DNA of 64,000 nt from Eledone cirrhosa (taxonomy: Eukaryota): contig OZ024741.1 in assembly GCA_964016885.1 (NCBI GenBank), positions 253,704,001 through 253,768,000 of the forward strand, read 5' to 3'. Below the pieces are notes generated by a model, which was not told the origin of the DNA, made no database searches, and saw only the letters and a program-made list of their open reading frames with translations. The first letter of the stretch is position 1, and each line of letters opens with the position of its first letter. Made by a program: the position numbers and the translations under genes. Below, piece after piece: positions 1-18,000 of this stretch.

Positions 1-3000
1 CCACTAACAGCACAACTTACATCACAACTAACATCACAACTAACATCACCGCCAACATCACCACTAACAGCACAACATACATCACAACTAACAAGACAAC
101 TAACATCACCACCAACATCAACACCAACATCACCACCAACATCACCACCAACATCACCACCAACATCACAACTAACATCACAACTAACAAGAAAACTAAC
201 ATCACAACTAACATCACCACCAACATCACAACTAACATCACAGCTAACATCACCACCAACATCACCACTAACAGCACAACTTACATCACAACTAACAAGA
301 CAACTAACATCACCACCAACATCAACACCAACATCACCACCAACATCACCACCAACATCACCACCAACATCACAACTAACATCACAACTAACATCACAGC
401 TAACATCACCACTAACAACACAACTAACATCACCACCAACATCACAACTATAATCACCACCAACATCACAACTAACATCACCACCAACATCACCAGCAAC
501 ATCACAACTAACATCACAACTAACATCACCAGCAACATCACCAACAACATCACCACTACCATCACCACCACCATCACCACCAACATCACAACTAACATCA
601 CCACCAACATCACAACCAACATCACCACCAACATCACCACTACCATCACCACCAACATCACCACCAACATCACAACTAACATCACAACTAACATCACCAC
701 TACCATCACCACCAACATCACCACCAACATCACAACTAACAACACAAGTAACATCACAACCAACATCACCACTAACATGACAACTAACATCACCACCAAC
801 ATCACAACTAACATCACAACTAACATCACCACTACCATCACCACCAACATCACTACCAACATCACAACTAACATCACAACAAACATCACAGCTAACATCA
901 ACACTAACAACCCAACTAACATCACCACCAACATCACAACTATCATCACCACCAACATCACAACTAACATCACCACCAACATCACCAACAACATCACCAC
1001 TAACATCACCACCAACATCACCACCAACATCACAACTAACATCACAACTAACAAGACAACTAACATCACAACTAACATCACCACCAACATCACAACTAAC
1101 ACCACAGCTAACATCACCACCAACATCACCACCAACATCACCACCAACATCACAACTAACATCACCACCAACATCACCACCAACATCACCACTACCACCA
1201 CCACCAACATCACCACCAACATCACCACTAACAACACAACTAACATCACGACTAACTTCACCACCAACATCACCACTAACATCACCACTAACATCACAAC
1301 TAACATCACAACCAACATCACCGCCATCATCACCACTACCACCACCACCAACATCACCACTAACATAACCACTAACATCATAACTAACATCACCACTAAC
1401 ATCACAACTAACATCACCACCGACATCACAACTAACATCACAACTAACATCACAACTAACATCACCGCCAACATCACCACTAACAGCACAACATACATCA
1501 CAACTAACAAGACAACTAACATCACCACCAACATCAACACCAACATCACCACCAACATCACCACCAACATCACCACCAACATCACCACCAACATCACAAC
1601 TAACATCACAACTAACAAGAAAACTAACATCACAACTAACATCACCACCAACATCACAACTAACATCACAGCTAACATCACCACCAACATCACCACTAAC
1701 AGCACAACTTACATCACAACTAACATCACAACTAACATCACCACCAACATCACCACTAACAGCACAACTTACATCACAACTAACAAGACAACTAACATCA
1801 CCACCAACATCAACACCAACATCACCACCAACATCACCACCAACATCACCACCAACATCACAACTAACATCACAACTAACATCACAGCTAACATCACCAC
1901 TAACAACACAACTAACATCACCACCAACATCACAACTATAATCACCACCAACATCACAACTAACATCACCACCAACATCACCAGCAACATCACAACTAAC
2001 ATCACAACTAACATCACCAGCAACATCACCAACAACATCACCACTACCATCACCACCACCATCACCACCAACATCACAACTAACATCACCACCAACATCA
2101 CAACCAACATCACCACCAACATCACCACTACCATCACCACCAACATCACCACCAACATCACAACTAACATCACAACTAACATCACCACTACCATCACCAC
2201 CAACATCACCACCAACATCACAACTAACAACACAAGTAACATCACAACCAACATCACCACTAACATCACAACTAACATCACCACCAACATCACAACTAAC
2301 ATCACAACTAACATCACCACTACCATCACCACCAACATCACTACCAACATCACAACTAACATCACAACAAACATCACAGCTAACATCAACACTAACAACC
2401 CAACTAACATCACCACCAACATCACAACTATCATCACCACCAACATCACAACTAACATCACCACCAACATCACCAACAACATCACCACTAACATCACCAC
2501 CAACATCACCACCAACATCACAACTAACATCACAACTAACAAGACAACTAACATCACAACTAACATCACCACCAACATCACAACTAACACCACAGCTAAC
2601 ATCACCACCAACATCACCACCAACATCACCACCAACATCACAACTAACATCACCACCAACATCACCACCAACATCACCACTATCACCACCACCAACATCA
2701 CCACCAACATCACCACTAACAACACAACTAACATCACGACTAACTTCACCACCAACATCACCACTAACATCACCACTAACATCACAACTAACATCACAAC
2801 CAACATCACCGCCATCATCACCACTACCACCACCACCAACATCACCACTAACATAACCACTAACATCATAACTAACATCACCACTAACATCACAACTAAC
2901 ATCACCACCGACATCACAACTAACATCACAACTAACATCACCACTACCATCACCACCACCATCACCACCAACATCACAACTAACATCACCACCAAGGTCA

Positions 3001-6000
3001 CAACCAACATCACCACCAACATCACCACTACCATCACCACCCACATCACCACCAACATCACAACTAACAACACAACTAACATCACAACCAACATCACCAC
3101 TAACATCACAACTAACATCACCAGCAACATCACAACTAACATCACAACTAACATCACCATTACCATCACCACCACCATCACCACCAACATCACAACTAAC
3201 ATCACCACCAACATCACAACCAACATCACCACCAACATCACCACTACCATCACCACCAACATCACCACCAACATCACAACTAACAGCACAACTTACATCA
3301 CAACTAACAGGAAAACTAACATCACCACCAACATCACCACCAACATCACCACAAACATCACCAGCAACAACACAACTAACAACACAACTAACATCACCAC
3401 CAACATCACAACTAACATCACCACCAACATAACCACCAACATCACCACCAACATCACCACCAACATCAAAACTAACAACACAACTAACAACACAACTAAC
3501 ATCACCACCAACATCACAACTAACATCACCACCAACATAACCACCAACATCACCACCAACATCACCACGAACATCAAAACTAACAACACAACTAACAACA
3601 CAACTAACATCACCACCAACATCACCACTAACATCACAACTAACATCACCACCAACATCACCACCAACATCACCACCAACATAACCACCAACATCAAAAC
3701 TAACAACACAAATAACAACACAACTAACATCACCACCAACATTACAACTAACATCACAACTAACATCACCACCAATATCACCACCAACATCACAACTAAC
3801 ATCACCACCAACATCACCACCAACATCACCCCCAACATCACCACCAACATCAAAACTAACTACACAACTAACAACACAACTAACATCACCACCAACATCA
3901 CAACTACCATCAGCACCAACATCACAACTAACATCACCACCAACATCACCAGCAACATCACAACTAACATCACAACTAACATCACCACCAACATCATCAC
4001 CAACATCACAACTAACATCACAACTTACATTACCAACAACATCACCACCAACATCACAACCAACATCACCACGAACATCACCACTACCATCACCACCAAC
4101 ATCACGACCAACATCACAACTAACATCACAACTAACATCACCACTACCATCACCACCAAAATCACCACCAACATCACAACTAACAACACAACTAACATCA
4201 CAACCAACATCACCACTAACATCACAACTAACATCACCACCAACATCACAACTAACATCACAACTAACATCATCACTACCATCACCACCAACATCACCAC
4301 CAACATCACAACTAACATCACAACTAACACCACAGCTAACATCACCACTAACAATTCAACTAACATCACCACCAACATCACAACTATCATCACCACCAAC
4401 ATCACAACTAACATCACCACCAACATCACCAGCAATATCACAACTAACATCACAACTAACATCACCACCAACATCACCAACAACATCACCACTAACATCA
4501 CCACCAACATCACCACCAACATCACAACTAACATCACAACTAACAAGACAACTAACATCACAACTAACATCACCACCAACATCCCAACTAACATCACCGC
4601 TAACATCACAACCAACATCACCACCAACATCACAACTAACATCACCACCAACATCACCACCAACATCACCACCAACATCACCACTAACAACACAACTAAC
4701 ATCACAACTAACATCACCACCAACATCACAACTAACATCACCACTAACATCACAACTAGCATCACAACCAACATCACCGCCATCATCACCACTACCACCA
4801 CCACCATCATCACCACTAACATCACCACTAACATCATAACTAACATCACCACTAACATCACAACTAACTTCACCACCAACATCACCACTACCATCACCAC
4901 CAACATCACCTCCAAGATCACAACTAACATCACAACTAACATCACCACTACCATCACCACCAACATCACCACCAACATCACAACTAACAACACAACTAAC
5001 ATCACAACCAACATCACCACTAACATCACAACTAACATCACCACCAACATCACAACTAACATCACAACTAACATCACCAGCAACATCACCAACAACATCA
5101 CCACTACCATCACCACCACCATCACCACCAACATCACAACTAACATCACCACCAACATCACAACCAACATCACCACCAACATCACCACTACCATCACCAC
5201 CAACATCACCACCAACATCACAACTAACATCACAACTAACATCACCACTACCATCACCACCAACATCACCACCAACATCACAACTAACAACACAAGTAAC
5301 ATCACAACCAACATCACCACTAACATGACAACTAACATCACCACCAACATCACAACTAACATCACAACTAACATCACCACTACCATCACCACCAACATCA
5401 CTACCAACATCACAACTAACATCACAACAAACATCACAGCTAACATCAACACTAACAACCCAACTAACATCACCACCAACATCACAACTATCATCACCAC
5501 CAACATCACAACTAACATCACCACCAACATCACCAACAACATCACCACTAACATCACCACCAACATCACCACCAACATCACAACTAACATCACAACTAAC
5601 AAGACAACTAACATCACAACTAACATCACCACCAACATCACAACTAACACCACAGCTAACATCACCACCAACATCACCACCAACATCACCACCAACATCA
5701 CAACTAACATCACCACCAACATCACCACCAACATCACCACTACCACCACCACCAACATCACCACCAACATCACCACTAACAACACAACTAACATCACGAC
5801 TAACTTCACCACCAACATCACCACTAACATCACCACTAACATCACAACTAACATCACAACCAACATCACCGCCATCATCACCACTACCACCACCACCAAC
5901 ATCACCACTAACATAACCACTAACATCATAACTAACATCACCACTAACATCACAACTAACATCACCACCGACATCACAACTAACATCACAACTAACATCA

Positions 6001-9000
6001 CAACTAACATCACCGCCAACATCACCACTAACAGCACAACATACATCACAACTAACAAGACAACTAACATCACCACCAACATCAACACCAACATCACCAC
6101 CAACATCACCACCAACATCACCACCAACATCACCACCAACATCACAACTAACATCACAACTAACAAGAAAACTAACATCACAACTAACATCACCACCAAC
6201 ATCACAACTAACATCACAGCTAACATCACCACCAACATCACCACTAACAGCACAACTTACATCACAACTAACATCACAACTAACATCACCACCAACATCA
6301 CCACTAACAGCACAACTTACATCACAACTAACAAGACAACTAACATCACCACCAACATCAACACCAACATCACCACCAACATCACCACCAACATCACCAC
6401 CAACATCACAACTAACATCACAACTAACATCACAGCTAACATCACCACTAACAACACAACTAACATCACCACCAACATCACAACTATAATCACCACCAAC
6501 ATCACAACTAACATCACCACCAACATCACCAGCAACATCACAACTAACATCACAACTAACATCACCAGCAACATCACCAACAACATCACCACTACCATCA
6601 CCACCACCATCACCACCAACATCACAACTAACATCACCACCAACATCACAACCAACATCACCACCAACATCACCACTACCATCACCACCAACATCACCAC
6701 CAACATCACAACTAACATCACAACTAACATCACCACTACCATCACCACCAACATCACCACCAACATCACAACTAACAACACAAGTAACATCACAACCAAC
6801 ATCACCACTAACATCACAACTAACATCACCACCAACATCACAACTAACATCACAACTAACATCACCACTACCATCACCACCAACATCACTACCAACATCA
6901 CAACTAACATCACAACAAACATCACAGCTAACATCAACACTAACAACCCAACTAACATCACCACCAACATCACAACTATCATCACCACCAACATCACAAC
7001 TAACATCACCACCAACATCACCAACAACATCACCACTAACATCACCACCAACATCACCACCAACATCACAACTAACATCACAACTAACAAGACAACTAAC
7101 ATCACAACTAACATCACCACCAACATCACAACTAACACCACAGCTAACATCACCACCAACATCACCACCAACATCACCACCAACATCACAACTAACATCA
7201 CCACCAACATCACCACCAACATCACCACTATCACCACCACCAACATCACCACCAACATCACCACTAACAACACAACTAACATCACGACTAACTTCACCAC
7301 CAACATCACCACTAACATCACCACTAACATCACAACTAACATCACAACCAACATCACCGCCATCATCACCACTACCACCACCACCAACATCACCACTAAC
7401 ATAACCACTAACATCATAACTAACATCACCACTAACATCACAACTAACATCACCACCGACATCACAACTAACATCACAACTAACATCACCACTACCATCA
7501 CCACCACCATCACCACCAACATCACAACTAACATCACCACCAAGGTCACAACCAACATCACCACCAACATCACCACTACCATCACCACCCACATCACCAC
7601 CAACATCACAACTAACAACACAACTAACATCACAACCAACATCACCACTAACATCACAACTAACATCACCAGCAACATCACAACTAACATCACAACTAAC
7701 ATCACCATTACCATCACCACCACCATCACCACCAACATCACAACTAACATCACCACCAACATCACAACCAACATCACCACCAACATCACCACTACCATCA
7801 CCACCAACATCACCACCAACATCACAACTAACAGCACAACTTACATCACAACTAACAGGAAAACTAACATCACCACCAACATCACCACCAACATCACCAC
7901 AAACATCACCAGCAACAACACAACTAACAACACAACTAACATCACCACCAACATCACAACTAACATCACCACCAACATAACCACCAACATCACCACCAAC
8001 ATCACCACCAACATCAAAACTAACAACACAACTAACAACACAACTAACATCACCACCAACATCACAACTAACATCACCACCAACATAACCACCAACATCA
8101 CCACCAACATCACCACGAACATCAAAACTAACAACACAACTAACAACACAACTAACATCACCACCAACATCACCACTAACATCACAACTAACATCACCAC
8201 CAACATCACCACCAACATCACCACCAACATAACCACCAACATCAAAACTAACAACACAAATAACAACACAACTAACATCACCACCAACATTACAACTAAC
8301 ATCACAACTAACATCACCACCAATATCACCACCAACATCACAACTAACATCACCACCAACATCACCACCAACATCACCCCCAACATCACCACCAACATCA
8401 AAACTAACTACACAACTAACAACACAACTAACATCACCACCAACATCACAACTACCATCAGCACCAACATCACAACTAACATCACCACCAACATCACCAG
8501 CAACATCACAACTAACATCACAACTAACATCACCACCAACATCATCACCAACATCACAACTAACATCACAACTTACATTACCAACAACATCACCACCAAC
8601 ATCACAACCAACATCACCACGAACATCACCACTACCATCACCACCAACATCACGACCAACATCACAACTAACATCACAACTAACATCACCACTACCATCA
8701 CCACCAAAATCACCACCAACATCACAACTAACAACACAACTAACATCACAACCAACATCACCACTAACATCACAACTAACATCACCACCAACATCACAAC
8801 TAACATCACAACTAACATCATCACTACCATCACCACCAACATCACCACCAACATCACAACTAACATCACAACTAACACCACAGCTAACATCACCACTAAC
8901 AATTCAACTAACATCACCACCAACATCACAACTATCATCACCACCAACATCACAACTAACATCACCACCAACATCACCAGCAATATCACAACTAACATCA

Positions 9001-12000
9001 CAACTAACATCACCACCAACATCACCAACAACATCACCACTAACATCACCACCAACATCACCACCAACATCACAACTAACATCACAACTAACAAGACAAC
9101 TAACATCACAACTAACATCACCACCAACATCACAACTAACATCACCGCTAACATCACAACCAACATCACCACCAACATCACAACTAACATCACCACCAAC
9201 ATCACCACCAACATCACCACCAACATCACCACTAACAACACAACTAACATCACAACTAACATCACCACCAACATCACAACTAACATCACCACTAACATCA
9301 CAACTAGCATCACAACCAACATCACCGCCATCATCACCACTACCACCACCACCATCATCACCACTAACATCACCACTAACATCATAACTAACATCACCAC
9401 TAACATCACAACTAACTTCACCACCAACATCACCACTACCATCACCACCAACATCACCTCCAAGATCACAACTAACATCACAACTAACATCACCACTACC
9501 ATCACCACCAACATCACCACCAACATCACAACTAACAACACAACTAACATCACAACCAACATCACCACTAACATCACAACTAACATCACCACCAACATCA
9601 CAACTAACATCACAACTAACATCACCATCACCATCACCACCACCATCACCACCAACATCATAACTAACATCACCACCAACATCACAACCAACATCACCAC
9701 TACCATCACCACCAACATCACCACCAACATCACAACTAACAGCACAACTTACATCACAACTAACAAGACAACTAACATCACCACCAACATCACCACCAAC
9801 ATCACCACAAACAACACCACCAACATCACCACCAACATTACAACTAACATCACAACTAACATCACCACCAACATCACAACTATCATCACAACTAACGTCA
9901 CCACCAACATCACCTCCAACATCACCACCAACATCACCACCAACAACACAACTAACAACACAACTAACATCACCACCAACATCACAACTAACATCACCAC
10001 CAACATCACCACCAACATCACCACCAACATCACCATCAACATCACCACCAACATCAAAACTAACAACACAACTAACAACACAACTAACATCACCACCAAC
10101 ATCACCACTAACATCACAACTAACATCACCACCAACATCACCACCAACATCACCATCAACATAACCACCAACATCAAAACTAACAACACAACTAACAACA
10201 CAACTAACATCACCACCAACATCACAACTAACATCACAACTAACATCACCACCAACATCACCACCAACATCACAACTAACATCACCACCAACATCACCAC
10301 CAACATCGCCCCCAACATCACCACCAACATCAAAACTAACTACACAACTAACAACACAACTAACATCACCACCAACATCACAAATATCATCACCACCAAC
10401 ATCACCACCAACATCACCACAAACATCACCAGCAACAACACAACTAACAACACAACTAACATCACCACCAACATCACAACTAACATCACCACCAACATAA
10501 CCACCAACATCACCACCAACATCACCACCAACATCAAAACTAACAACACAACTAACAACACAACTAACATCACCACCAACATCACAACTAACATCACCAC
10601 CAACATAACCACCAACATCACCACCAACATCACCACGAACATCAAAACTAACAACACAACTAACAACACAACTAACATCACCACCAACATCACCACTAAC
10701 ATCACAACTAACATCACCACCAACATCACCACCAACATCACCACCAACATAACCACCAACATCAAAACTAACAACACAAATAACAACACAACTAACATCA
10801 CCACCAACATTACAACTAACATCACAACTAACATCACCACCAATATCACCACCAACATCACAACTAACATCACCACCAACATCACCACCAACATCACCCC
10901 CAACATCACCACCAACATCAAAACTAACTACACAACTAACAACACAACTAACATCACCACCAACATCACAACTACCATCAGCACCAACATCACAACTAAC
11001 ATCACCACCAACATCACCAGCAACATCACAACTAACATCACAACTAACATCACCACCAACATCATCACCAACATCACAACTAACATCACAACTTACATTA
11101 CCACCAACATCACCACCAACATCACAACCAACATCACCACGAACATAACCACTACCATCACCACCAACATCACGACCAACATCACAACTAACATCACAAC
11201 TAACATCACCACTACCATCACCACCAAAATCACCACCAACATCACAACTAACAACACAACTAACATCACAACCAACATCACCACTAACATCACAACTAAC
11301 ATCACCACCAACATCACAACTAACATCACAACTAACATCATCACTACCATCACCACCAACATCACCACCAACATCACAACTAACATCACAACTAACACCA
11401 CAGCTAACATCACCACTAACAATTCAACTAACATCACCACCAACATCACAACTATCATCACCACCAACATCACAACTAACATCACCACCAACATCACCAG
11501 CAATATCACAACTAACATCACAACTAACATCACCACCAACATCACCAACAACATCACCACTAACATCACCACCAACATCACCACCAACATCACAACTAAC
11601 ATCACAACTAACAAGACAACTAACATCACAACTAACATCACCACCAACATCACAACTAACATCACCGCTAACATCACAACCAACATCACCACCAACATCA
11701 CAACTAACATCACCACCAACATCACCACCAACATCACCACCAACATCACCACTAACAACACAACTAACATCACAACTAACATCACCACCAACATCACAAC
11801 TAACATCACCACTAACATCACAACTAGCATCACAACCAACATCACCGCCATCATCACCACTACCACCACCACCATCATCACCACTAACATCACCACTAAC
11901 ATCATAACTAACATCACCACTAACATCACAACTAACTTCACCACCAACATCACCACTACCATCACCACCAACATCACCTCCAAGATCACAACTAACATCA

Positions 12001-15000
12001 CAACTAACATCACCACTACCATCACCACCAACATCACCACCAACATCACAACTAACAACACAACTAACATCACAACCAACATCACCACTAACATCACAAC
12101 TAACATCACCACCAACATCACAACTAACATCACAACTAACATCACCATCACCATCACCACCACCATCACCACCAACATCATAACTAACATCACCACCAAC
12201 ATCACAACCAACATCACCACTACCATCACCACCAACATCACCACCAACATCACAACTAACAGCACAACTTACATCACAACTAACAAGACAACTAACATCA
12301 CCACCAACATCACCACCAACATCACCACAAACAACACCACCAACATCACCACCAACATTACAACTAACATCACAACTAACATCACCACCAACATCACAAC
12401 TATCATCACAACTAACGTCACCACCAACATCACCTCCAACATCACCACCAACATCACCACCAACAACACAACTAACAACACAACTAACATCACCACCAAC
12501 ATCACAACTAACATCACCACCAACATCACCACCAACATCACCACCAACATCACCATCAACATCACCACCAACATCAAAACTAACAACACAACTAACAACA
12601 CAACTAACATCACCACCAACATCACCACTAACATCACAACTAACATCACCACCAACATCACCACCAACATCACCATCAACATAACCACCAACATCAAAAC
12701 TAACAACACAACTAACAACACAACTAACATCACCACCAACATCACAACTAACATCACAACTAACATCACCACCAACATCACCACCAACATCACAACTAAC
12801 ATCACCACCAACATCACCACCAACATCGCCCCCAACATCACCACCAACATCAAAACTAACTACACAACTAACAACACAACTAACATCACCACCAACATCA
12901 CAAATATCATCACCACCAACATCACAACTAACATCACCACCAACATCACCAGCAACATCACAACTAACATCACAACTAACATCGCCACCAACATCACCAT
13001 CAACATCACAACTAACATCACAACTAACATTACCACCAACATCACCACCAACATCACAACTAACATCACCACCAACATCACCACGAACATCACCACTAAC
13101 ATCACAACTAACATCACCACCAAGATCACCACTAATATCACGACTAACATCACAACCAACATCACCACCAACATCACCACCAACATCACCATCAACATCA
13201 CAACTAACATCACAACTAACATCACAACTAACATCACAACTAACATCACAACCAACATCACCACCAATATCACAACTAACATCACCACCAACATCACCAC
13301 CAACATCACCACCAACATCACAACTAACATCACAACTAACATCACCACCAACATCACCACTAACAGCACAACTTACATCACAACTAACATCACAACTAAC
13401 ATCACCGCCAACATCACCACTAACAGCACAACATACATCACAACTAACAAGACAACTAACATCACCACCAACATCAACACCAACATCACCACCAACATCA
13501 CCACCAACATCACCACCAACATCACAACTAATATCACAACTAACAAGAAAACTAACATCACAACTAACATCACCACCAACATCACAACTAACATCACAGC
13601 TAACATCACCACCAACATCACCACTAACAGCACAACTTACATCACAACTAACATCACAACTAACATCACCACCAACATCACCACTAACAGCACAACTTAC
13701 ATCACAACTAACAAGACAACTAACATCACCACCAACATCAACACCAACATCACCACCAACATCACCACCAACATCACCACCAACATCACAACTAACATCA
13801 CAACTAACATCACAGCTAACATCACCACTAACAACACAACTAACATCACCACCAACATCACAACTATAATCACCACCAACATCACAACTAACATCACCAC
13901 CAACATCACCAGCAACATCACAACTAACATCACAACTAACATCACCAGCAACATCACCAACAACATCACCACTACCATCACCACCACCATCACCACCAAC
14001 ATCACAACTAACATCACCACCAACATCACAACCAACATCACCACCAACATCACCACTACCATCACCACCAACATCACCACCAACATCACAACTAACATCA
14101 CAACTAACATCACCACTACCATCACCACCAACATCACCACCAACATCACAACTAACAACACAAGTAACATCACAACCAACATCACCACTAACATCACAAC
14201 TAACATCACCACCAACATCACAACTAACATCACAACTAACATCACCACTACCATCACCACCAACATCACTACCAACATCACAACTAACATCACAACTAAC
14301 ATCACAGCTAACATCAACACTAACAACCCAACTAACATCACCACCAACATCACAACTATCATCACCACCAACATCACAACTAACATCACCACCAACATCA
14401 CCAACAACATCACCACTAACATCACCACCAACATCACCACCAACATCACAACTAACATCACAACTAACAAGACAACTAACATCACAACTAACATCACCAC
14501 CAACATCACAACTAACACCACAGCTAACATCACCACCAACATCACCACCAACATCACCACCAACATCACAACTAACATCACCACCAACATCACCACCAAC
14601 ATCACCACTACCACCACCACCAACATCACCACCAACATCACCACTAACAACACAACTAACATCACAACTAACTTCACCACCAACATCACCACTAACATCA
14701 CCACTAACATCACAACTAACATCACAACCAACATCACCGCCATCATCACCACTACCACCACCACCAACATCACCACTAACATAACCACTAACATCATAAC
14801 TAACATCACCACTAACATCACAACTAACATCACCACCGACATCACAACTAACATCACAACTAACATCACCACTACCATCACCACCACCATCACCACCAAC
14901 ATCACAACTAACATCACCACCAAGATCACAACCAACATCACCACCAACATCACCACTACCATCACCACCAACATCACCACCAAGATTACAACTAACATCA

Positions 15001-18000
15001 CAACTAACATCACCACTACCATCACCACCCACATCACCACCAACATCACAACTAACAACACAACTAACATCACAACCAACATCACCACTAACATCACAAC
15101 TAACATCACCACCAACATCACAACTAACATCACAACTAACATCACCATTACCATCACCACCACCACCATCACCACCAACATCACAACTAACATCACCACC
15201 AACATCACAACCAACATCACCACCAACATCACCACTACCATCACCACCAACATCACCACCAACATCACAACTAACAGCACAACTTACATCACAACTAACA
15301 AGAAAACTAACATCACCACCAACATCACCACCAACATCACCACAAACATCACCAGCAACAACACAACTAACAACACAACTAACATCACCACCAACATCAC
15401 AACTAACATCACCACCAACATAACCACCAACATCACCACCAACATCACCACCAACATCAAAACTAACAACACAACTAACAACACAACTAACATCACCACC
15501 AACATCACAACTAACATCACCACCAACATAACCACCAACATCACCACCAACATCACGACGAACATCAAAACTAACAACACAACTAACAACACAACTAACA
15601 TCACCACCAACATCACCACTAACATCACAACTAACATCACCACCAACATCACCACCAACATCACCACCAACATAACCACCAACATCAAAACTAACAACAC
15701 AAATAACAACACAACTAACATCACCACCAACATTACAACTAACATCACAACTAACATCACCACCAATATCACCACCAACATCACAACTAACATCACCACC
15801 AACATCACCACCAACATCACCCCCAACATCACCACCAACATCAAAACTAACTACACAACTAACAACACAACTAACATCACCACCAACATCACAACTACCA
15901 TCAGCACCAACATCACAACTATCATCACCACCAACATCACCAGCAACATCACAACTAACATCACAACTAACATCACCACCAACATCATCACCAACATCAC
16001 AACTAACATCACAACTTACATTACCACCAACATCACCACTACCATCACCACCACCATCACCACCAACATCACAACTAACATCACCACCAAGATCACAACC
16101 AACATCACCACCAACATCACCACTACCATCACCACCAACATCACCACCAAGATTACAACTAACATCACAACTAACATCACCACTACCATCACCACCCACA
16201 TCACCACCAACATCACAACTAACAACACAACTAACATCACAACCAACATCACCACTAACATCACAACTAACATCACCACCAACATCACAACTAACATCAC
16301 AACTAACATCACCATTACCATCACCACCACCACCATCACCACCAACATCACAACTAACATCACCACCAACATCACAACCAACATCACCACCAACATCACC
16401 ACTACCATCACCACCAACATCACCACCAACATCACAACTAACAGCACAACTTACATCACAACTAACAAGAAAACTAACATCACCACCAACATCACCACCA
16501 ACATCACCACAAACATCACCAGCAACAACACAACTAACAACACAACTAACATCACCACCAACATCACAACTAACATCACCACCAACATAACCACCAACAT
16601 CACCACCAACATCACCACCAACATCAAAACTAACAACACAACTAACAACACAACTAACATCACCACCAACATCACAACTAACATCACCACCAACATAACC
16701 ACCAACATCACCACCAACATCACGACGAACATCAAAACTAACAACACAACTAACAACACAACTAACATCACCACCAACATCACCACTAACATCACAACTA
16801 ACATCACCACCAACATCACCACCAACATCACCACCAACATAACCACCAACATCAAAACTAACGACACAAATAACAACACAACTAACATCACCACCAACAT
16901 TACAACTAACATCACAACTAACATCACCACCAATATCACCACCAACATCACAACTAACATCACCACCAACATCACCACCAACATCACCCCCAACATCACC
17001 ACCAACATCAAAACTAACTACACAACTAACAACACAACTAACATCACCACCAACATCACAACTACCATCAGCACCAACATCACCACTAACATAACCACTA
17101 ACATCATAACTAACATCACCACTAACATCACAACTAACATCACCACCGACATCACAACTAACATCACAACTAACATCACAACTAACATCACCGCCAACAT
17201 CACCACTAACAGCACAACATACATCACAACTAACAAGACAACTAACATCACCACCAACATCAACACCAACATCACCACCAACATCACCACCAACATCACC
17301 ACCAACATCACCACCAACATCACAACTAACATCACAACTAACAAGAAAACTAACATCACAACTAACATCACCACCAACATCACAACTAACATCACAGCTA
17401 ACATCACCACCAACATCACCACTAACAGCACAACTTACATCACAACTAACATCACAACTAACATCACCACCAACATCACCACTAACAGCACAACTTACAT
17501 CACAACTAACAAGACAACTAACATCACCACCAACATCAACACCAACATCACCACCAACATCACCACCAACATCACCACCAACATCACAACTAACATCACA
17601 ACTAACATCACAGCTAACATCACCACTAACAACACAACTAACATCACCACCAACATCACAACTATAATCACCACCAACATCACAACTAACATCACCACCA
17701 ACATCACCAGCAACATCACAACTAACATCACAACTAACATCACCAGCAACATCACCAACAACATCACCACTACCATCACCACCACCATCACCACCAACAT
17801 CACAACTAACATCACCACCAACATCACAACCAACATCACCACCAACATCACCACTACCATCACCACCAACATCACCACCAACATCACAACTAACATCACA
17901 ACTAACATCACCACTACCATCACCACCAACATCACCACCAACATCACAACTAACAACACAAGTAACATCACAACCAACATCACCACTAACATCACAACTA

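Noticed and set aside
777-779. ATG given as the start of the 13,713-aa ORF
   Set aside because: A point variant of ATC inside the array; the frame is open upstream to the window edge and no signal peptide follows.
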